A stretch of DNA of 62,955 nucleotides, filler included, from Choristocarpus tenellus KU-1152 (taxonomy: Eukaryota; Protista; Phaeophyceae), in NCBI GenBank assembly GCA_964200185.2. It is 7 parts of 7 records of this genome, joined end to end, with 100 filler letters (N's around TTAATTAATTAA, not from the genome) between each part and the next. Parts side by side here need not be neighbours in the genome. Positions count along the whole stretch, not along the records: positions 33,170 to 42,632 come from CAXNAD020003654.1; positions 42,733 to 48,517 come from CAXNAD020009759.1; positions 48,618 to 58,271 come from CAXNAD020003501.1; 4 more parts are not named here. One strand, given 5' to 3'. Shown one piece after another: positions 36,209 through 48,950 of this stretch. The stretch's first letter is position 1. Every line of letters begins with the position of its first letter. The position numbers and the translations under genes are program-made. The notes below the pieces were generated by a model. The model worked only from the letters and a program-made list of their open reading frames with translations. It was not told where the DNA came from and did not search any database.

Positions 36209-39200
36209 ATGACGACATTGAGAACCGTAATATCTCAACTCTCAACTCCCAGACCTCCATGCTCTTCCGCACTCTACAGTTCTCCTTCTCCAAGGATTGA
36301 TTATGGAATGGACAGTGTAAGGGACTTGTATATGGGAGGCAATGACAGCGGGGTTGCACCAGGTGAGGACTTCGGGCTCTTCTGGGGTATTGGTCAAAGC
36401 AACTCTGATGCAGTTTACTCTGATGCCATGCCGACACGACAAGGGCGAGTACAAGGATCTGATCGTGATTCATCTGCTGACTTTGGTGGCCACAACACAG
36501 CGTTACAAAACGCTATTCGGGAAACAACCACCAAGGCACCACCTTCGCCTGGGATGTTGATAGGACAGGACCCCATGGACTCGTATGGTCACAGACGCCA
36601 CGTGAACCGAGAACGGAAAGAAAGCCGTTGGCAGGCACATCCTGTAGCCCAGCAGCGACAGCAGCAGCTGCAGCAGCTGCAGCAGGTGCGAAAGGATCCA
36701 ACCTCACCTATCACCTCAACCTCTAGGCATCATTCCAGAGCACCGTCTCCAGGAGGGCCAACGGTGGAGGACGCAATCATTGGTTCCAAGCTAGATGAGC
36801 TTGTTTCCGCCATAACATCCTCGTTAATTAAGCGCCTGGAACCTCGTGTGGAACAAATGGCATTACAAATGGCTTCGAACCTATCAGGTGAAGAGCTCAA
36901 GACAGACCCCTCTCCCACAAGGAATAACGAGATTTCAATGATCATGGCCAGGATGGAATCTCTAGAAAAGCAGGTGCGGCTTCTTCAGGCAGCAACCGAT
37001 GAAAGAACTGTCGCCTTGTCAGGTCGCATTGATCGCCTTGACGCACAATGCGTGGTGGAGCCAGCTGGATGGGGCGAGGCGGGAATAAGCGTAGGGCGGG
37101 CTGTGTCCCTGCTGTCGCAGCGGACCGGGACTATGGAGGGAAGACATAAGATCGTTCAGAGCAAGGTGGCACAGCTGGATAATGCCCTGGGTCTGAAGGC
37201 CCAGGACTGGGGACAAGCACTGTCCAGCATCCTTGCCGAACGGGCCCACGGTAGCCACGCTCCCGCCGCTGTAGGACGCTCGGAACGGAGATTACGCAGC
37301 AACAAGAATAGTAAAGGAGCAGGAGGAACTCCGCGCGGGGGTGGAGGTGGGCGTGGTGGGGCGGGCTGGACCGAACGTGGTACACAGGAGGAAGGCAAGC
37401 ATACTTACGGCTCACGCCCAGCAGGAGATGCTGAAGCAGGAGTGGGGACTGCATTAGATTTGGTTGGGGTGACTTCAACAGCGGAGGTTTGTACCTCTGG
37501 GGTCTCAGCCTTAGCTGGGAAGAAGGACGGGCAAGGTGGTGCAGGAAAAGGGAAGGTGGAGGTGGGTGTTCGTGGGCACCCATGTATGGATAGAACTGGT
37601 AAAGGGAATGACAGTGTACAGACTACAGCTTTTAATAATGCCCCATTGCCTGAAAATAGACAGCGTGGGGTCGCAGCATATGGGGAACAGGCAAAGGCCC
37701 ACCTACCTGGGGGAGGCCGATCTGGATGCGAGTGCAAGGACACAGCAGACCGTTGCCTCCGAGTGGAGGATGGATTCTCACGCTTGGAGGAACGGTGTGC
37801 CCAGGCAGAGGAGGGCCTCTTGCAGCTGCGTGAGTCCTCAGGTGCCTTGACCCTGAATGTGGTCGAGGACAAGGGGAAGAGTGGAGATGGTGCAGCTGGT
37901 GGTCGCCATCAGTGGGCCCTAAAGAGCTCTGTGGATCAGCTCAGGGGTGACTTGAAAAATTTGAGTGAGGCATGGAAGGAGAAAGAGGATGCCCTCACAC
38001 TGATGGACCAGGGCCTAAGTGTCGTCCAGGAGCAGGTGAACAATTTTTACCCTTTGGTCACTGGTCCACATTTTTTTTTGTTGCTACATTGTGTGATGGG
38101 TGTAATTAAGGATGAGGGTGCCCCGTGATTGGTTGGAAGAGTGACACACCGGTTCATTTTTTTCTTCTTAGTTCCCACAATATACTGCAGTATGTATAGT
38201 ACCTTGACCTGTACTTCTGTAAAGCTCTTCCCCCTTCCCCCCTGACCCCCTGTTTACACCTTTGCAGTTAGACCCTCTACAGACAAACTTGAGTGGTCTT
38301 AAGAAGCTTGTTGAGACACAGATCCGGGAGAAACAACTGGCCCAGGTGAGATCATCACTTCCACACCCTTTCCCATATATGGCTTGCATCCTCAGGAGGA
38401 GTATTGAGATATGATCGAGAAGACATGTAGCTTGCAGTGCAGGCTATAGACTGACGGGAGCAGGAACATTCTTTTGAGGTGTGAATCATGTGAATCATTT
38501 TCATTTTTTTCAAGGATTGTGTATGTTAAACAGCTTTGCAGTACTTCACTTCTGTTGGTTTTAGTGCTGCGAACTGGGTCAAATTGCAGGGTGGTGGATA
38601 CAACTGCGTTGGAGGGTGAATACAAACTGGAGTGCCTTGAGCCTTGAAGTCGGTGTGTTGGGCCACACTGATTCTACAAACTGAGTGAGGATCATTGAAG
38701 CAAAGTTGAAAGGACTTGTTTGCTGTGTTGTGAAATAGTTCATGGGGTGCGCATGTATTGCATCAACTGAAAAAAATCGAAACATGTGCACTGTGAAGTG
38801 CATTCAGTCCAAGAGACCCCTCCCCCCCATCATGGGTGAGGGGTTCTGCGTTCCGCGTTCCGCCAGAAGCGAAAACGTTTTTGTAAATGATCTCGTTTGT
38901 GAGCTCTAACACAAGCAACCTTGTACTACCTGAGAATGAGATGACATGCAACTCATGTTCTCGAGATTAGTATATGTATTTTCAAAGCGCTTGCAAATTC
39001 AAGAATCAAGAGTGACAACAGATACAGCAGGCGCACTGCGACAGAATTTTAGACGCAAGACATTTTTTTGAAGACCACAAAATTATTCGGGTAATATAAA
39101 GCAAAGTAATGAAACCTTTTGTGTATGTTATTTGGTAAATAATATCGTTAGAGAGGAAGTACGAATTCGTTCTGTTGGGGTAATGAAATTCGTATCTAGA

Positions 39201-40584
39201 AGAAGGGGTGGGTGGTCTATCAAAGAGGAGCACTTACCCTCTTTTTTCTTATTTTTTCTTCAAGAAAGAGTTTCATTGAATTGTGTGTACATGTTGTTGC
39301 TGTGGGTTGTAGTGTCCAGCAGGTAGGTACTCTTTTTCTGTCCTTGAGGACCTGCCACTTGTCCACCTTCCAGTTCGGGCCTTGCACTGAAGGGCGAGAT
39401 CCTCTTCACCCTTTGAGTCTGATATATTTATTTCTGGTGCTTCAAGTACTCCCGGGAATTTAGAGAGGTTGAGAATGGCGAAATATGTGACTTCAAGCCA
39501 AAAAATAAGAGTATGTGTTCAGTTGATTGGTCAATTCATATATTTGACCTGATTGGTTCACTAGGATTTACAACACTATGTATTCAACAGTATTAAAATT
39601 GTTCATCTTTGTGCTCTTGTTGTTGCTATTTCACTTAAGCAGTGTGCTGAATCTTTCCTGTCAAGCATATCAAATGTTCTTGAGTAATTTCGTTTTACCT
39701 CTTGACGAAAGAGTTCTCCCTCTTGATGCTGTTTGCCTCACCTGGATCTCTTCTCCAGGACATGGTCAAGGAGTACATATCGGTGATCACAAGAGAGGTG
39801 AAGTGAAGTCAGTTAGCCCTTCTACCCAAAGGAAAAAGAACACATGACATGGTATCCATTATCTTGCCAGTCAACATGAAAATCTCCTTTTATTTTCATG
39901 GAGAGGTGGATAGCACAAGGAAGGGCACTTAAATTCTAGCGTTCCATTACTTGGAGTGGAGCACAAGTAGGCTCAGTGTGGTGTGATCTCGTGCTCTGCA
40001 GTTGACTGCCGATTGCATCTATCCAATCCTTTTCTTATTTTTTTTACTCAATAGATTGTTGTTGGAGATAAGCCCTTCGAATCTGAGGAGTTAAGATTTA
40101 AAATAAAAACAAAACATGCTCTGCTCCGCCACCTTTGTGGCATACAGTGCTCTCACACCCCCCTTGAACTCAATAGCAGAGTCTGCTCGCGATCCTGAAA
40201 GACTCTGGCCTTGGTGCTGAAAACCAGGTGGCAACCATGACCAGGCGGTACATCAACGGGATACTCATGACACAGGGCAGGGCTGTACCTGTAGGTTCTT
40301 CGCTGGGCTTGACGGCGATGGCTGGCCTGGAGGAGGGGGTCATGGCTGAGCATGAAAGCAAAGTCGAACCTGCGGTCCAAGAAAGTACCACAAGATCTGA
40401 GACCACGGTCGGGGGATTGGACTTGCAGGGAGTTGCGCTTGTGGAGGAGCTAGCAGGGGAGGAGGAGTGCACCGGAGGGCAAGATGTTGAAGAGGGCACG
40501 TCAGGGACGTTGCATGCCGCTGGTGTGGTTGATGCTGCTGGAGGGACCTCTGAGAAGAACGTCGACAAGGGAAGGGGAGATTGA
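36209..40584 (+). CDS. Uncharacterised low-complexity/coiled-coil protein
   Basis: Long open exon 36209 (or ATG 36307)-38035, then phase-0 exons 38268-38345, 39759-39797 and 40228-40584 (..EQ|LDPLQ..LAQ|DMVKEYISVITRE|VATMTRRYIN..). Heptad-like segments; no recognisable domain. Confidence 0.75.
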
Positions 40585-42632
40585 GGTTGATGGATTGTGT
40601 GAAAGAGATAAAAAAAAGTGTGTTGTTGTTTTAGGGACATGAAATAATCGATCCGCTGACGTAGCCGTCTTAATTGATTAAACAGTAAGCACAGCATGTG
40701 TGTAATGCAATGTTGATTGCTCCAGAGAGAGAGGGGTGGCTCTGAGAGTCGGTTGGTTGTATTCTGTTTTTTGTGGCACATTTTTATGTTTTTTTTTTCT
40801 TTTACTGATTTTGACCCCCCGCTGCAACACTCTTTTTTATTTCATTTTTTTTTTGTTTCTGTTTCTGTGTGTGTGTGTGTGTGCTCCTGTCGCCTCTGTG
40901 GCGTGTGCTCTGGATGTGTAATCTGCTGGGGTGTGCGTGGGCCTTTTTTTTTGTCTCTGTGGCGTCTCCCCCAGGGTGCGTCTTCTGTCCCCCCTTGCGT
41001 TCCGTTCAGGCAGTGTGAAGTGACTTCTTTTTTTTTGCCCATATAGAGAACTGTGATGAAGGCACGTGCGTTTCTGTGCGTAAACATGGGCAGAGATTAG
41101 ACGCGCTAGATGGGAGGCTAGGATGCGAATGACAAATGCACGTTGAAACAAGCACATGCATACTTTTTGTGTGCACGCACATACTGTGTTTTTTTGCACT
41201 CCATTTGAGCACCACACAGAAGTATTTATACGTATATGGAAAAAGGAGATCTGGCACGTGAGCACTGGAGTGTAGAATGGAAGTAACAAAGTATCGAGGG
41301 TAAGCTCTACGGTTACGTAGAGCCCTGTGATAGAAGAGGTTATAGATAAGTGGGTTAGCGCGCTAAGTTTTGTTGAGTAATTTCTGCAGCACAGAGACAA
41401 GATAACAAATTGTGGAACCTTGCTGTACACTGACCTTGATAATATATGGAGTATGTAATGTAACAACTGTTACAGTCTGAATTGGTTCTTCTGGTTGTGC
41501 TGACGTTCAATTGGAGATGAAGCCTTGTGAAGCTATTGTTTTAATTGCTCTTTCTCTCAACTGAGGATGGTAGTTTGTGCAATGTGATTTCTTCCCAGAG
41601 GTGTGCCTTAAACCCTATCGTGTGTGCCTGTGGGGCTATCAGGCGTGGGCAAGGAAGGTATAGGCAATGGTGTATCTCTCATGCTTTGACATGATAAGTT
41701 CAGCATTTTTACACCAACTGGATGTTTTTGCAGATGACCTGGAATGTAATGGAGTGAATGCTGTGCAGGGTCATTTTGAAAAAATATCGTGTGATGATGT
41801 GTTTTGTCCTGATCTATCAAAAAACGAGCATGAAATGAGAACATGAAATGATCCTTTTTTTGTATTGTACACTCCATTATTACACCTCGTTAGATGTATA
41901 TATTTTTTGTGATCCCATAGAACGAAACAAATCTTCTCTAAAAGAGTGTACAAAGGTGTCTCCTCCTTTTTGATGGAGAACATGATGGTCACCAACGGAT
42001 GGGGTTCAGAAAAGAAAACCTTCAGAGATGGGAGATCTGCCTTCAGAAAAGGTGCTCATGAAGAGATGTCACGGGAAGAGTCGGAAACCTATCCTTCTGA
42101 AGATCCTCCAGAGTTCAACTGAAGTTCTTTGAAAAGAACCTTAATCGCAATGTCGGTGTGTGGTGTACGGCAATAACGCTAAAATAGCAGACAACCCTGT
42201 TTTCCATATAATATGTGTATGTATTCTGGAGTATAGATTATATTATTAGTATGCCCTCTGACATTTTGCAGATGGGTCAGGGGAAAAATCAAGGGAAAAA
42301 TATTCACATGTCAGAAAAGTCGTTAAGGAAGTAAATGTTGTCACAAATGTGAAAAAACGTTAATATTGTTGTTCATTATTTCACTATCTATATTGTACCA
42401 CTGCCTTCCTGTCTGTGTCTCCAATCTACCTATTCCTGCACCCCAGGCTGAGGAGCTAGGGAAGCATCCCAAGAATCCAACAAACCCCTCCTTGCCCATC
42501 TCCCTGGTGACTCCAGCTTAAAACACATGGCGCGTCTAGACAGTGCCACCTGTGTAGTTTGCTTGCCGAGGCGCCCAAAAATTTCCACTGCAAAGGTGTT
42601 GAGGTTATAACTACGAGGATCAAAAGAGCCCT

Positions 42633-42732
42633 NNNNNNNNNNNNNNNNNNNNNNNNNNNNNNNNNNNNNNNNNNNNTTAATTAATTAANNNNNNNNNNNN
42701 NNNNNNNNNNNNNNNNNNNNNNNNNNNNNNNN
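42633..42732. other. Artificial contig spacer
   Basis: N44-TTAATTAATTAA-N44. Confidence 0.97.
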
Positions 42733-42828
42733 TTTCTGGGCCCCCCCTCCACTCCCCCCCTCCCCCCCCCCCCCCCCCTCTCCCCTCCGTATTCCCCCCC
42801 CCCCCCCCCCCCCCAGATACTTTGGGTC
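42733..42828. mobile_element. Poly-G MITE (family B) terminus at contig start
   Basis: (C)n-AGATACTTTGGGTC. Confidence 0.7.
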
Positions 42829-43013
42829 AATCAACAAGCTGTCTTCCTTCAGTAATACAAACTGATATTATCCATTTTTTCCTCACCCTGTAACGTGATT
42901 GTACCAGTAGTTGCTTTCATTAACAGCATCGTACCCCAGCTTCCATGCCTATTTTATTTGTGGGATGAAAACTCAGACTGTTAGAGGTCAGCCACAGTTT
43001 TTGTACTAAATTG

Positions 43014-43014
<1 letters not shown>

Positions 43015-43078
<64 letters not shown>
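43015..43078. repeat. (TAT)n microsatellite
   Basis: About 21 perfect TAT units. Confidence 0.95.
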
Positions 43079-43648
43079 TTTGGAACAAGGTGAAGTGCCT
43101 TGTCCCCACCAGAGCAACACAAGTTGCCTCATTTCAGATAATTAGGGGTTGGTGGGAAGGTGTGCCAATTAAAAGACAATGTTTACATGTGATAAGAATT
43201 TGATGATACACTTGAGAACTATTTACCGCTAAGGAACTGTCCTATTAATACTGCAAGATGCATAGTAAAGTATAAAAATACTATTCCTACATGTACTGAT
43301 GTACCCATCTTCTTGCAAGCGCCACATCTATTACTAGGAACAAGATTTTATAAATATGGTGGTTGTATGGGGCAATGGTCAGTAGATTGTTGTTGCCTTG
43401 GCAAGACGCATCCCACCTCATTGGTGATATTGCTACTCTTGGTACCATACCTATACCATACCTAAACGTTTTCCCTTCATTTTTTCAAGTAGGTTGCTGT
43501 TGACAAAGGGACTTCACTGATGAGATCTAAGTGTCTGCAGAGCTTAAACGGGCCTAGAACTCCACCACACAAGAGCATCACAGCAGAACGAAGGTCCTTA
43601 AGCTACACTGCCCTGACGACCTTGGCAGATTTGCTTTTTTCTGAAGAT

Positions 43649-46600
43649 TTAAAGCATAGGGATACGGATTACTTTGCTTGCCTTGAGAAGATGGCTTGCT
43701 GCCTCGTCGGTTTTCTTCTGGAGGGCAGTCTCTGCAAGGAGGAGCTTCACCTGTCAAAGCACCACCACTTTCCAGTAAGGGTCACATTGGCTGCACTGGG
43801 CACTGAAGGATGACAATAATATACAGTCTATAGTAAATGTTTGAGTGCAGTCCAACCAATCGTGAGCGTAAACTTGAGGACTTTGTTTTTGTGGTCCGGA
43901 AGCATGAGTGTGAGTGTGCATGAGTGTGAGTGTGCATGAGTGTGTGTGTGCCAAGCACACGATACGATATCCGTGTTGACCCTGTGCAGGCTAGTTTGGG
44001 AGACAAAAAAGTGTATAGACATGCATACATATATATACTCATATATACATATACTCATATAAATATGTGTGTGTATATCTTGACCACCTGGTATGATCTG
44101 CTTCGTAGGATGTTCCTTTCAAAAGTCGGGCTTGTAGGCAGAAGGATGGAAACAGGTGCTGCACCTGCTGCTTCCTAGCATTCCCAAAAGCGCCCATAGA
44201 CTGGACTGTACAGCACTGCCCTACATGAATGCTGCATGCAGATCCTACTTGAGCAACCTCCCCCAAAATGTCAACGCATATACTTCAAGAGTTAAAGTAT
44301 CTCAGAGGGTAGAGCCGCGTCCGTTTGGGGGCGAAAATCCAATGTTGCGATTTTGATGCAATTTTGGATATGGCGTTTATTAGGAAGTGTCGATATCCTT
44401 GTTCCGGACACACCTTTTCATAATGTACACATTTTACCTACTCCGAAACATTTTGTAGTAGGAAAATGTAATAAAAAACTCATGGGAAGTCAAGCAATCC
44501 CCTAACGGACAAACAGGGCAAAACTTGTACCCTCTACGATACTTCACCCTCAAGTATATTTAGAGTATTTTCATGTAGATTGTGTTTGTCATCATGGAAA
44601 AATCGACTACAGATGCATCTTTGGCCCCTCTTTCCTGCTCTTGACTTTGTCGGATCAATCAGGGAGCTTTTTTCTCACCAGGGGGGGGGGGCAGACGGAC
44701 AGATATTTGGTGAATCGCCAAAAAGGAGCAGTGTTCATTTCAGATAGCCCTATACACAACAATACTATTTTCAAGAATAAGCAAAACACTGCCAAAGATC
44801 GAGCTTGCCCACCATAGTAGTAGTCCCTACCTTTGTGGATTCATGGTCATTCTGGAGTTCCCTCTCCATGGCCTTCTTTTCTGCCTCCTTCTCCTGCAGC
44901 TCCCTCGCCTGAAACACCTCCAGGGCCTTCCTCTCTTGCAGGACCTAAGCCAAAGTCACCACAGGGCAGTGGTAGGGATGCAGTGGTACTGTAGTAGCAA
45001 TAGATTAGTTGAGGAAGAGCTATATGGAGAACAATAGTTTGGTCCATCAATTTACCACCTTAGTGAGCATAGCATTACAAAAAACCCTCTGGAGTGAGTA
45101 TGTTATGGTGATTTTTTTTTATTAGATTGCAAGAAATTTCTTGGCGATTACCTCTACTTCACACGAATTGATTACAGTTTCATATTCTTGAATCAACAAC
45201 ATCCGTACAGCAACCTGTGAGACCTTTCTATGGGGAATCCACAAGCAGGGGGCTTTCCAAGCTTACCTCAGGAAAATTTCATAATATTTCATCACGCCTG
45301 CTTTGTGATGACCAATTTAATCTTTTATTAGATGGAAAAATAGTGACAGAGTCAAGAGAGAAAGTATCTTAGAGGGTACGAGTTTTGCCCTGTTTGTCCA
45401 TTTGGAGCTTGTCTTCCGATGGGTTTTATTGTGACATTTTCCTACTCCAACATGTTTAGGAGTAGGTAAAATGAGTACATTAAGAAAAGGTGTGTCCAGA
45501 ACAAGGATACTGACACTCCCTAACAAACAAGATAGCCAAATTACATCGAAATCACAACATTGGATTTTGGCACCCAAATGGACGCGGCCCTACCCTCTAA
45601 GTTACTTTGGCTCTCAAAGTAAACAAAGGGCATCCAGAGTTGCACTTTTTAGGATGCTTTCAAATAGGTGGAAAATTAATCTATTTTTGCAAATTAGAGT
45701 AGGATACTTTCCGAATTGTGTCGAGATTTCTGAAACAATGGAGAACCAAGTACTCTCAAAGTCAAACTCAGCAATTCAACCATAGCAATAGACTAGTAAT
45801 ATGGGTGAATGACATAAGATTGAAAAAAATAGTTTCTTAAATTGCTAAACGGCTAAAACCTGGGCACCTCTTGTTTGTTTTTACTACAATGGAAAGACAA
45901 AAAAAGAGTTGGAAATGGGTACCAAAACCTTTAGGTGCTTGTAATGTATCCAGGCGTATCAATTGAGCCACGAATTCTATGGCCATCATAACTGGGCGGA
46001 GTACTCTAAAGGGCATCCCCATAGCTGCTGCTTCCCGTCCTGGTGAGAATGTACATACGAACAGCTCTCTCCTTGTACATACACACTTCAACTTTTTGTA
46101 AGGGAGCATTCGTGCAGAGTACGCAACTCCTATGGTGCCGTAAAACCTTTGATATAGACATTAGGCGTTGAAGCATCAGCACATTATTTCGTCTGTGTGA
46201 CCGCAAACCGTCCTTGTGATTTGTGAGACAATTCAAGTTGAAACGTGCGTTGCAAACAAAAATAATTAGGGTTAGGGCATGGAATACGAAATGCAATGAT
46301 TCCACCAATGAGGGCAGTTTGCATGTGTTGACTTGCACACCACTTGGATGAGTATACACAAACTTAAAAGGATGAACCCATTCCGCAACTTCCCCTGTTC
46401 CCTCTATCCCTCTCAGCAGAAAGATGCCTGCTTTGTAGTATTATACCTTATCCTTTTTGTTCCCTGAGGTAGCAAGAAATGCGTAACACATACATCCATT
46501 GTTGTTACATTCACGTGGAGAGTGAAGTTGTAAGGTAGTTAATAGGAGCAACAATGTGGCAACAGACTGCTCCATTGATGTACCATAGGTGTCGCCTCCC

Positions 46601-48144
46601 AATCACCTGTGTAGCCCATACATGCCCTACTGCACTACTAATACCGCCTTCAGCAGTAGGCAATAAAACACCACGCAATGCTGCAGTGACCTACGATGCA
46701 GTACCTGTACCTTTTTTCAACACTCCTGTACCTTTTTTCAACACTCCTGTACCTTTTTTCAACACTCCTGTACCTTTTTTCTCATGTTGAAGCGCAGGAG
46801 CATCTTTTCCCACTCGCAGTGCTTTATCCACGCCTGCTGAAGCCTTCGGATTGCCTGGTCCTCCCTCCTAGCCTGCTCTGCCTCCTCCTCTTCTTTCACC
46901 ATCCTTCTGGCTCTCTGGGCGAACCTGTCGTCGCCGTCCATTTCACACAAGTCAACCAGTGAAATAGGGTTACATTTTAGCTGACGGTATCGATATCGGA
47001 TGACCATGCAAGAACTGCTGGTGCTATATGTTCCGAGTAGCTTACACCAGTGGCCAATGATATTATTATTATTATTGATATTATAGTGCTGTGCAATTGC
47101 ACTGAGTTAGCAATTTGTAGTTGGTGGCCTACCCCCAAAATAACCCCCCCTAAATTCCTTGTTGCCCACAGTCACCATTGCCCAGTACCGAGGTTCGGAT
47201 TGCCCAGTACCGAGGTTCGGATTGCCCAGTACTAGGTTCAGACTGTGCAATACAAAGAACCTGCCAGATCAGTGTGTCCCAGGTGTGTGTGTACATAAGA
47301 ATTGTGTACATAAGGTGTACATAAGGTGTACATAAGAATGTCAAACACCCTTATCCACATCTAAGATAGGATTACTTTATGTGAATGTCTGAAAGAGAAA
47401 AAAAAGACGAAGGTCAAGAAGAGGAAAATATCACAGCAGCACTGAGGCGTGATCAAGATGCTCTGTGTGTGTGTGTGTGTATGCTTCAATTATCTACTTA
47501 TCTCTGCAATTGAGTGAAAGTACCGTAGAGAGTCAAAGTATCTTAGAGGGTAGAGCCGTGTCCATTTGAGGGCCAAAATCCAATGTTGCGATTTTGATGA
47601 AATTTTGACTATCCTGTTTGTTAGGAAGTGTCAATACCCTTGTTCTAGACACACCTTTTTACAACGTACACATTTTACCTATTCCGAACATTTTCGGAGT
47701 TCGAAAATGTCATAAACTACACCGTGGGAAGTCAAGCTTTAAATGGACAAACAGGGCAAAACTCGTACCCTCTAAGATACTTTCACTCAGAGCCGCGTCC
47801 ATTTGGGGGTCAAAATCCAATGTTACGATTTTGATGGTGGTAACCTAAATAGGAACACATCACTTTCTATTGACACCTACATCCCTCCCACCCTCATACT
47901 CCTCCTGATTCCAACAAGACTATCTCTCTCTCTCTCTCTTTCCCTTGTAACACTAACATGGCAGCTATCCGCAAACTCTGGTCTCTCTCCCTGTGTTTTT
48001 TGTGGGTGAGCCGGTACTACTACCACATTACCTTTGCGAAAGCTCAAGTCTGGCCCTCCTCCGCTGATACCACCCCTGTATCGTGATCGCACCCTCCTTC
48101 CTCTTCCTTGACTCCTTTTCCTGCCTAAGCCGTTTGCCTCTCCT
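43649..48144 (-). CDS. 3' part of an IQ-motif / charged coiled-coil protein
   Basis: Phase-consistent exons 48144-48032 (EGAITIQGWYQRRRAR, IQ motif), 46924-46774 (QAIRRLQQAWIKH), 44944-44831, possibly 44174-44088, and 43750-43649. The 5' end lies beyond the contig; the last exons are uncertain. Confidence 0.65.
44289..44549. mobile_element. Sola-like MITE (family A), copy 1
   Basis: TCAA|GAGTTAAAGTATCTCAGAGGGTA...TACCCTCTACGATACTTCACCC|TCAA; 4-bp TSD. Confidence 0.85.
45356..45613. mobile_element. Sola-like MITE (family A), copy 2
   Basis: TCAA|GAGAGAAAGTATCTTAGAGGGTA...TACCCTCTAAGTTACTTTGGCTC|TCAA; 4-bp TSD; opposite orientation to copy 1. Confidence 0.88.
46704..46780. repeat. 21-bp tandem repeat overlapping a splice donor
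   Basis: cctgtaccttttttcaacact x3.6. Confidence 0.9.
47177..47240. repeat. 22-bp tandem repeat x3
   Basis: attgcccagtaccgaggttcgg repeated. Confidence 0.85.
47530..47788. mobile_element. Sola-like MITE (family A), copy 3, apparently nested in an older copy
   Basis: GAGTCAAAGTATCTTAGAGGGTA...TACCCTCTAAGATACTTTCACTC; flanked by gagtgaaagta (47512) and by agagccgcgtccatttggggg (47789-47837), both family-A sequence. Confidence 0.85.
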
Positions 48145-48384
48145 CTAAGTAAGTCCGGGATGCAGTAAGTTCATCGGGTTTGGTAAGTTAAGGTGTGTGT
48201 GCACACAAACGTTTGTGTTTATGGGACACCAACGGGGCGAGAGGTACATGAAAAATAGTTTGGAGGTCTATCAATAGTAATATCTCATGCCAAAGAGTCA
48301 TATTTTACTGGAGTAGTGATTTGGCATTAATCTTAGTTTGCTGCATCCGAGTGACTGATATCCAAATGCTTTAAGACCGATTCT

Positions 48385-48517
48385 GGCTCAAAGTATCTGG
48401 GGGGGGGGGGGGGGGGGGCAGCTGTCCATTTGGGGTCAATATTTTTATGTCGTGTTTTTTGGGGTATTTGGTTGCATACGTCGGGTGGGTAATGTAAATG
48501 CACTTTTCCTTTTTTTT
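48385..48517. mobile_element. Poly-G MITE (family B) end at contig end
   Basis: GGCTCAAAGTATCT-(G)n-cagctGTCCATTTGGGG. Confidence 0.72.
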
Positions 48518-48617
48518 NNNNNNNNNNNNNNNNNNNNNNNNNNNNNNNNNNNNNNNNNNNNTTAATTAATTAANNNNNNNNNNNNNNNNNNNNNNNNNNN
48601 NNNNNNNNNNNNNNNNN
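48518..48617. other. Artificial contig spacer
   Basis: N44-TTAATTAATTAA-N44. Confidence 0.97.
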
Positions 48618-48950
48618 CAACAGGGGGACTGGAGGGGGGGGGGAGAGGGAGGAGGGTTGCTATGGCATGGTCTGTAAGAATAATATTGTGTGTCATGGGG
48701 TGGGCATTTAAAAAAGGACTAAGAAAGTTTTTGAGTTGACTGTTACACTGCATGCACTTGCGAGAATGTTACACATCTCTTCACGGGTAAATTGTTAGTA
48801 CTTCTAACTTCTACAGAACAGGAAGTAGAACACAAAATCAAGTTGTGTAGCTTTCCCCCCCCTCTCATGCACGCGCACACTTCAAAGTGTAGGGGGCAAC
48901 ACATAATACTTTTTTTTTGCCAACGCTTCCAGGCGTCACGCTCCACCAAC

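Noticed and set aside
46704-47240. Short direct repeats as CRISPR-like arrays
   Set aside because: No unique spacers and no cas genes; eukaryotic minisatellites.
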